Positions 57,736 to 64,000 of a stretch of DNA of 64,000 nucleotides are shown here, piece after piece (the stretch's first letter is position 1; the number at the start of each line of letters is the position of its first letter). The notes beneath the pieces were generated by a model. That model was given only the letters and a program-made list of their open reading frames with translations, was not told where the DNA came from and searched no databases. The DNA is taken from the NCBI GenBank assembly GCA_965262915.1, contig OZ253564.1, positions 1,760,001 to 1,824,000 of the forward strand, in the 5' to 3' direction. The position numbers were made by a program, and so were the translations under genes. This DNA comes from Candidatus Spongiisociaceae bacterium (GTDB lineage: Bacteria > Actinomycetota > Acidimicrobiia > Spongiisociales > Spongiisociaceae).

Positions 57736-58413
57736 GTGATCAAACCGGTTCGCATCGCGGCATCGATCCTCGCAGCCGACTTCGCCTGGCTCGGCCGGGA
57801 AGTTGCCAGGGTGGAGTCCCACCTCGACATGCTCCACGTCGACGTGATGGACGGTCACTTCGTTCCCAACATCTCATTGGGAATCCCTGTGATCCGCTCC
57901 CTCCGAGCGGTATCCGGTTTGCCCTTCGATTGCCACCTGATGACCACCAACCCCGACTCCCTGATCGGCGCCCTCCGCGAAGCGGGTGCCACCGGGATCA
58001 CCGTACATCTGGAAGCAGTACCCGACCCCACTCGGATAGCCCGCCTGGCCCGCCAGATCGGACTCGGTTTCGGGGTGGTCATAAACCCCGGAACGCCCTA
58101 CGAGGCCATGGATCCTTACCTCGAACTCTGCGACCTGGCACTGGTCATGTCTGTCGAGCCGGGATTCGGGGGGCAGGAGTTCATAGGCGCGGTGCTCGAG
58201 AAGGTCGAAGAAGCCCGCAGCGCCATTGACAGCCGGGGCCTGGATGTCGACCTGCAGATCGACGGTGGGATCACTTCGCACACGATCGGAGCGGCCCGCC
58301 GGGCCGGGGCCGATGTGTTCGTGGCGGGAACCGCTATCTTCGGTCGGCCGGATCCTGTGGCGGCGATCACCGATCTGAGGAACGCGGCCACTCCGGGGGG
58401 TGCTGAGCAGTGA
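57736..58413 (+). CDS. rpe: Ribulose-phosphate 3-epimerase
   Basis: HVDVMDGHFVPN, MSVEPGFGGQ, DGG. Confidence 0.97.
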   Translation: MIKPVRIAASILAADFAWLGREVARVESHLDMLHVDVMDGHFVPNISLGIPVIRSLRAVSGLPFDCHLMTTNPDSLIGALREAGATGITVHLEAVPDPTRIARLARQIGLGFGVVINPGTPYEAMDPYLELCDLALVMSVEPGFGGQEFIGAVLEKVEEARSAIDSRGLDVDLQIDGGITSHTIGAARRAGADVFVAGTAIFGRPDPVAAITDLRNAATPGGAEQ

Positions 58414-58525
58414 CAATTGCGCGGCTTCACCGCTCGCCGGCCGGAATCCTCGTCATTGACCGGCGCAACGCCCGGGAATCGGTCGGTACCGTCGTCGAGG
58501 CCTGGCAGGTGGAAGGAGACGGGCC

Positions 58526-59971
58526 GTGAGTCCGGCCTGGTCGGAGACCGAACGCTGGATGATCAGAGCGATCGAATTGGCCCGCCCCCACCGTACCCAT
58601 CCCAATCCCCGGGTCGGATGCGTCATTGCGGATGCAGCCGGAGAGGTGGTGGGGGAAGGGGCCCATCGAGGTGTCGGGACCGACCATGCCGAGCAGCAAG
58701 CCCTGCGGCAGGCAGGACCTGCCGCCCGCGGCGGTGTCGCCGTCGTGTCCCTGGAGCCATGTGCACATTTCGGTCGGACCCCCCCCTGTGCCGACGCGCT
58801 GGTAGCGGCGGGGATTGCCAAGGTCGTGACGGCCACCCGCGATCCGGATCGACGGGTCGGAGGAAGAGGGCTGGAGATACTGGAGAATGCCGGGATCGAG
58901 ACATCGGTCGGGCTGTTCGCACATGAGGCCATCGCTCTCGACCCCGCGTACCACCACCATCGACGTACCGGCCGCCCATATGTCCGGGCGGTACTCACCG
59001 GTGGGCTGGACCGCTCTGACAGTGCGATCCGATCCGACGTGCATACGCTCGAGGATGGCATCGACCGCATGATTGCCGCGACCGATCTCACTGCTCGGGA
59101 CGGAGGCGGAGGGAGCCCGACGAACCGGTTGATCGGGCTGGGGGAACGGGGTCTCATCTACGTGGGAGTGCGGGACGAGGAACTGGTTGCCCGGCTTCAT
59201 GGGGCGGATCTGATCGATGCAGTGACCGTCTACTCCGACCACCCGACGCTGGACGACGATCCTATCTGGAGCAGTGGCGGTTACCACCGCGTGGCTTCCC
59301 GGTCGGTCGGCTCCCGTTACCGCATCGATCTGGACCGGATCGGTCGGCTGCAGGCACGACTGGTAAGACGAGGTGCCGAAGCGAGCATCCCCACCCGATA
59401 CGGCCGATTCCGGGCAATCGGTTACGAGTCCCTCGCAGACGGCCGCCAGCACGTTGCGCTGGTGCGTGGCACGGTGGCAGGAACCAGGGACGTGCTGGTG
59501 CGAGTCCATTCGGAATGCCTCACCGGAGATGTCTTCGCCAGCCTCCGATGCGACTGTGGTTCTCAGTTGGATGAGGCGTTGCGGCGCATCGGGGAGGGGG
59601 GCCGGGGGGTCGTCCTGTACATAAGGGATCACGAGGGTCGGGGTATCGGATTGATCCACAAGCTGGCTGCCTACGCGTTGCAGGAGCGGGGGCGGGACAC
59701 AGTCGAAGCCAATCTCGATCTCGGGTTCCCCGAGGACGGCCGCGACTACGGCGTGGGAGCTCGGATCCTGAGCGATCTCGGGGTCAGCACGCTGCGCCTG
59801 TTGACCAACAACCCCGCCAAGCGGGCAGGTATCGAGGAGAACGGCCTCAGGATCGTGGAGCGGGTTCCGCTGGTCACCGGCGAGAACGAGCACAACCGGT
59901 CTTACCTGCGGACCAAGGTCACCAAGTTGGGACATTTGATGGACTTGCAGGATCGGCCCCCGCAAAAGTGA
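58526..59971 (+). CDS. Fusion of RibD deaminase, degenerate reductase and GTP cyclohydrolase II (RibA)
   Basis: PNPRVG, HAE and EPC..TPPC, then [26 protein letters not shown]. Confidence 0.9.
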   Translation: MSPAWSETERWMIRAIELARPHRTHPNPRVGCVIADAAGEVVGEGAHRGVGTDHAEQQALRQAGPAARGGVAVVSLEPCAHFGRTPPCADALVAAGIAKVVTATRDPDRRVGGRGLEILENAGIETSVGLFAHEAIALDPAYHHHRRTGRPYVRAVLTGGLDRSDSAIRSDVHTLEDGIDRMIAATDLTARDGGGGSPTNRLIGLGERGLIYVGVRDEELVARLHGADLIDAVTVYSDHPTLDDDPIWSSGGYHRVASRSVGSRYRIDLDRIGRLQARLVRRGAEASIPTRYGRFRAIGYESLADGRQHVALVRGTVAGTRDVLVRVHSECLTGDVFASLRCDCGSQLDEALRRIGEGGRGVVLYIRDHEGRGIGLIHKLAAYALQERGRDTVEANLDLGFPEDGRDYGVGARILSDLGVSTLRLLTNNPAKRAGIEENGLRIVERVPLVTGENEHNRSYLRTKVTKLGHLMDLQDRPPQK

Positions 59972-60039
59972 GAGGGGCGGTGCGCCGGCTCCGCCGCCTA
60001 GAGGGTACTCGTCTCCCGATCTCCTATACTGCCGGTTGC

Positions 60040-60220
60040 GAACAAGACGAAGAGGAAGCCGGTTGCTTCCCACCCGGCCACCGGAGGTGGTTTTACCGGG
60101 GTCTCCGAGACACCCGGTCGCCAAGTGTGCCGAGGTAGTAGCACCCCGTGACACATTGTGATACGAGGGGAACCGACACCCCTAGGGGTATGGCTGACGC
60201 AGCCGGGCTTCTGTTTTTCT
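60040..60220 (+). promoter_or_regulatory. Probable L20 leader of infC-rpmI-rplT
   Basis: GGAAGC-cggtt-GCTTCCCACC stem resembles L20 leaders; TATACT -10 at 60025-60030. Confidence 0.45.
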
Positions 60221-60273
60221 ACCTATTACGCGTTGATGCTGCACGAACAGACCGACGAGCAAAGGAGATCCGT

Positions 60274-60831
60274 ATCGCCAAACTACGTGTAAACGACGAG
60301 ATCCGCGCTACCGAGGTGAGGGTGGTGGCTCCCGACGGTTCCCAGGTCGGGGTGAAAAGCCTCCGGGAGGCCAGATGGTTGGCCGACCAGTTGGGCTTGG
60401 ACCTAGTGGAGGTGGCGCCCGGGGCGACTCCCCCCGTGGCCCGGTTGATGGACTACGGCAAATACAAATACGAGCAGTCCGTGAAGGAGAGGGAAGCGCG
60501 CAAGAAGCAGTCGCGCAGCACGGTCAAGGAGATCGCCTTCCGGGTCAAGATCGGGAATCACGACTACGAAATCAAGCGAGACCGTGCCCTGCGCTTCCTG
60601 AACAACGGGGACAGGGTCCGCGTACGGGTCTGGCTTCGGGGTCGTGAAGCCTCCCGTCCCCAACTGGGTATGGCCATTCTCGATCGGCTCAGTACCGACT
60701 TGGCCGAGATGGCGCGGATCGAGCAGGAGCCCAAGATCGAAGGCCGCAACATGACAATGGCCTTTGCGCCGCTCAAGAGGCCGACCCGGCGACCCGTGGA
60801 GGGTAGTTCGGGTCGCAAATACGAGGTTTAG
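60274..60831 (+). CDS. infC: Translation initiation factor IF-3 (ATC start)
   Basis: AAGGAG RBS then ATC; [26 protein letters not shown]. Confidence 0.95.
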   Translation: MAKLRVNDEIRATEVRVVAPDGSQVGVKSLREARWLADQLGLDLVEVAPGATPPVARLMDYGKYKYEQSVKEREARKKQSRSTVKEIAFRVKIGNHDYEIKRDRALRFLNNGDRVRVRVWLRGREASRPQLGMAILDRLSTDLAEMARIEQEPKIEGRNMTMAFAPLKRPTRRPVEGSSGRKYEV

Positions 60832-60839
60832 GAAACACC

Positions 60840-61034
60840 ATGCCGAAGATGAAGACTCATAAGGGTGCCGCCAAGCGGTTCAAAGTGACCGGATCCGGGC
60901 GCCTACGACGGCGGCAATCCCACCGTGGCCACCTGCGCCTAGCGAAGGGCAAGGATAGCTACCGGCGCCTGAAGGGCGAAGCAGACCTGGCCAAGGGCGA
61001 CGAGAAGCGGGCCAAGCGCCTGCTCGGGATGTAA
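60840..61034 (+). CDS. rpmI: 50S ribosomal protein L35
   Basis: [20 protein letters not shown]. Confidence 0.97.
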   Translation: MPKMKTHKGAAKRFKVTGSGRLRRRQSHRGHLRLAKGKDSYRRLKGEADLAKGDEKRAKRLLGM

Positions 61035-61058
61035 GCGGACAGTGAGGGAGGTCCGACA

Positions 61059-61415
61059 ATGGCACGAGTAAAACGCGCCTCGAATGCCCGCTCCAGGCAT
61101 AGAAAGGTTCTGGAGAGGGCGAAGGGTTACCGCGGCGCCAAGAGCCGGAGTTACCGGGCTGCCAACGAACAGGTGATGAAGTCCTTGCAGTACGCCTACC
61201 GAGATCGGCGGGCGCGCAAGGGCCAGTTCCGGCGACTGTGGATCAGCCGCATAAACGCTGCTGCCCGTGAAAACGGGACGACCTACTCACGGCTTATAGC
61301 CGGACTCAAGGCCGCTGACTTCGGCGTGGATCGCAAGATGCTGGCCGACATAGCTGTCAACGACCCGGAGACCTTCCGCCAGATCGTCGAGATGGCCGGG
61401 ACCGACCGGACGTGA
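61059..61415 (+). CDS. rplT: 50S ribosomal protein L20
   Basis: [30 protein letters not shown]. Confidence 0.97.
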   Translation: MARVKRASNARSRHRKVLERAKGYRGAKSRSYRAANEQVMKSLQYAYRDRRARKGQFRRLWISRINAAARENGTTYSRLIAGLKAADFGVDRKMLADIAVNDPETFRQIVEMAGTDRT

Positions 61416-61424
61416 TCTCGCCAG

Positions 61425-62468
61425 ATGGTGGACGGGTCCGCTAGCCCGATGGACCCGGGGGGGATCGCGCAGATCGTCGACACGGCTCGGGAGCGGATCG
61501 CGCAGGCGGCCGATTTGGCCGATCTGGCCCGTGTCAAATTGGAGACTATCGGACGCCAGGCCGAGATCACCGAGGCGCGGCGGGGGATAGGCGCCCTCGA
61601 ACCACATCTCCGCAGGACCGTGGGGCGGGCGGTCAACGAAGCCGTGCGGTCGCTCACCCAGGCCATCGAGGCGAGGCGGGCAGTCCTTGAGATCGAGGCC
61701 GAGAACGCACTGCTCGAGCAGGACCGGGTAGATGTGACCCTGCCTTATGGCCGGCCCAGTCGGGGAACCCACCACCTCCTGACGCGGACCATGGACGAGG
61801 TGTGTGACGTGTTCCGGTCGATCGGTTACCAGGTGGCGGAGGGTCCTGAACTCGAGCTGGCCTGGTACAATTTCGACGCGCTCAACACCCCACCCACCCA
61901 TCCATCGCGATTCGAGTCGGACACGATGTACGTGGAATCCTTCGACGGCGAGGTGCGCACCGGCCCCGACGAGTTGCTCCTACGGACCCAGACCTCGCCC
62001 ATGCAGATCCGGTACATGGAACAGCATCCTCCTCCCGTCTATGTCGTTGTACCGGGAAGGGTGTTCCGCACGGACACTTGGGACGCCACCCACTCGCCCG
62101 TGTTCCACCAGATAGAGGGACTCGCGGTGGACTCGGACATTACGTTCGGTGACTTGAAGGGAACCCTGGCCCATTTCGCAACGGAGTTCTTCGGGCCCTC
62201 CGCCCGAACTCGCTTCGTGCCGCATTTCTTTCCGTTCACCGAGCCATCGGCCGAGATGCTGGTGTGGTTCAACGGCGAGTGGTTGGAGATGCTCGGGTGC
62301 GGGATGGTGGATCCCAACGTCTTCGAGGCGGTGGGGTACGACCCGGCCGAGGTGACCGGGTTCGCCTTCGGGATGGGAGTGGAGCGCCTGGCGATGGTCA
62401 AGCACGCTATCACCGATATTCGCCACTTCTACGAAAACGACCTGCGAATACTCGGGCAGTTCCGATGA
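61425..62468 (+). CDS. pheS: Phenylalanyl-tRNA synthetase alpha subunit
   Basis: NFDALN, LRTQTS, FHQIEG, FPFTEPS, GFAFGMGVERLAM. Confidence 0.97.
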   Translation: MVDGSASPMDPGGIAQIVDTARERIAQAADLADLARVKLETIGRQAEITEARRGIGALEPHLRRTVGRAVNEAVRSLTQAIEARRAVLEIEAENALLEQDRVDVTLPYGRPSRGTHHLLTRTMDEVCDVFRSIGYQVAEGPELELAWYNFDALNTPPTHPSRFESDTMYVESFDGEVRTGPDELLLRTQTSPMQIRYMEQHPPPVYVVVPGRVFRTDTWDATHSPVFHQIEGLAVDSDITFGDLKGTLAHFATEFFGPSARTRFVPHFFPFTEPSAEMLVWFNGEWLEMLGCGMVDPNVFEAVGYDPAEVTGFAFGMGVERLAMVKHAITDIRHFYENDLRILGQFR

Positions 62469-62511
62469 GGTTCCCGCGTGCCCGAGGCCGGTGCATCGGA
62501 GCGACCAACAG

Positions 62512-64000
62512 ATGAAGGTCCCGATCGGTTGGCTGGCCGACTTCCTCGATCTCCCGACGCGGGATCCGCACCAACTCGAGCAGGTCCTGGTCTCGCTTGG
62601 CCATGAGGTGGAGTCGATCGAGGAGTTCCTACCTTCCTTCGAGGGCGTGGTCGTCGGGCGGGTAGAGGAGGTGCGGCCCCATCCGGATGCCGACCTGATC
62701 CGCTTCTGCCGTGTCTACGACGGTTCCCTGACCCACGACGTGGTGTGCGGGGCGTGGAACTTCGGCGCCGGCGCGCTGATCGCGTATGCCCGGGTGGGCT
62801 CGCGGCTCGCCACGGACACCGACCGGCCCACCGAAGTGGGCAGCCGCAAGATCCGGGGAGTGGTTTCGCATGGCATGATCGCATCGGCCCGGGAACTGGG
62901 ACTCGGGGACGATCATGAGGGCATCCTGGTGCTGGACGAACTGGGCGCGGCGCGTGCCGACGACCTGGGTCGTCCGCTCGATGAGGTGATCGGTCTCTCC
63001 GACGTGGTGCTGGATGTGAGCATCACCACCAACCGCGGTGACTGCATGAGCATTCGCGGCTTGGCCCGCGAGCTGGCTGCGTACTGGCAGATCCCCCTCA
63101 AGGACGTGAGTCCGCGTCCCGAGGTCGGCTCCAGGACCGCGGACTTCGAGGTTTCCATCCGCGATACGGGAGCCTGCCCACGGTTCGTAGCCCACCAGGT
63201 CGACGGCGTGACGATCGGCCCGTCGCCGATGTGGATGCAACTTCGCCTGCTGGCCATCGGGCAGCGGCCCATCTCCAATGTGGTGGACGTCTCGAACTAT
63301 GTGATGTGGGAGTTGGGCCACCCGATCCACACCTTCGATGCCGACACCGTGGCCAGGCGGCACATCATCATCCGCCGGGCGATGGAGGGGGAGACCCTGG
63401 AGACGCTGGACGGAGTCGAACGGGAACTGCGCGCCGGAGACATCCTGGTCACGGACCCGTCGGGCCCCATAGCCCTGGCCGGGGTGATGGGGGGAGCCTC
63501 GACCGAGGTGTCCGGATCGACCACCAACATCCTCGTGGAGGCCGCCAACTGGCATCCCCCTTCCATCCTTCACATCTCTCATCGTCTGGGCCTCCGCAGC
63601 GAAGCGTCCGCACGGTTCGAGCGTGGAGTCGATCCCAACCTGTCGGGCCTGGCCAACGCCCGGACTGTGGAGCTGATCGCAATGACAGCCGGGGGTGTGC
63701 CGCGGGCGGGCGCGGTGGACTCCTACCAGGTCCCGGTGTCGCCCTGGGAGGTGGGCCTCGAAGCGCGGGACGTGAGCCGGTTGCTGGGGCCGGCCCCTTC
63801 GTTCGAAGAGTCCCTCGTCCTGCTCAACCGGCTGGGGTTCGGGGTGGTCCGGGAGGATAGCGCCGCTCGGGTCACGGTTCCCACCCATCGCGCCGACGTG
63901 ACCCGTCCTGTCGACCTGGTGGAGGAGATAGCCCGCCTCCACGGGTTCGACCGCTTCCCCGATCTGGTCCGGTACGGCCGGAAGGGTACGCTGACCCCGT
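62512..64000 (+). CDS. pheT: Phenylalanyl-tRNA synthetase beta subunit (runs off window end)
   Basis: Manual translation MKVPIGWLADF, HPDAD, VCGAWN, NRGDCMS, ISNVVDVSNY, RFERG, DLVEEIARLHG. Confidence 0.96.
   Translation, partial: MKVPIGWLADFLDLPTRDPHQLEQVLVSLGHEVESIEEFLPSFEGVVVGRVEEVRPHPDADLIRFCRVYDGSLTHDVVCGAWNFGAGALIAYARVGSRLATDTDRPTEVGSRKIRGVVSHGMIASARELGLGDDHEGILVLDELGAARADDLGRPLDEVIGLSDVVLDVSITTNRGDCMSIRGLARELAAYWQIPLKDVSPRPEVGSRTADFEVSIRDTGACPRFVAHQVDGVTIGPSPMWMQLRLLAIGQRPISNVVDVSNYVMWELGHPIHTFDADTVARRHIIIRRAMEGETLETLDGVERELRAGDILVTDPSGPIALAGVMGGASTEVSGSTTNILVEAANWHPPSILHISHRLGLRSEASARFERGVDPNLSGLANARTVELIAMTAGGVPRAGAVDSYQVPVSPWEVGLEARDVSRLLGPAPSFEESLVLLNRLGFGVVREDSAARVTVPTHRADVTRPVDLVEEIARLHGFDRFPDLVRYGRKGTLTP

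Noticed and set aside
58414-58525. Possible FMN riboswitch upstream of the rib fusion
   Set aside because: A hairpin exists, but the FMN consensus blocks (GGGGCAGGGUGAAAUUCCC, AGUCCGGAUGGGAG) are absent.
60274-60276. ATC start of infC
   Set aside because: Non-canonical infC starts are established autoregulation.

Overview
High-GC bacterial chromosome segment. The gene order (queA-tgt-yajC-secDF-apt-relA; hisS-aspS; alaS-ruvX-mltG-aroE; aroCKB-efp-nusB; pyrRBC-carAB-pyrDF-mIHF-gmk-rpoZ-coaBC-metK-priA; def-fmt-rsmB-rpe-rib; infC-rpmI-rplT-pheST) and the mIHF gene indicate Actinomycetota, probably Acidimicrobiia (inference). Most of the window is housekeeping. The accessory parts are: (1) an IS110-family recombinase inserted in the terminal inverted repeat of a decayed ISL3, with a non-coding end carrying bridge-RNA-like guides that match that insertion site; (2) two pairs of diverged, colinear intergenic elements (5564-5774 with 12136-12345, and 12001-12111 with 32517-32637), the first pair behind an identical promoter-like motif and structured like an ncRNA; (3) a 168-bp CTAG-ended MITE in two copies; (4) a toxin-antitoxin islet at a duplicated rarA 3' end; (5) a ~8.8 kb island between the prepilin peptidase and aroC with heptamer repeats, transporters, an MNT-HEPN pair and gene remnants; (6) tandem RDD genes, a DUF222-HNH gene and an unusual RibD-RibA fusion. 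All calls come from reading the sequence by eye; no searches were run.
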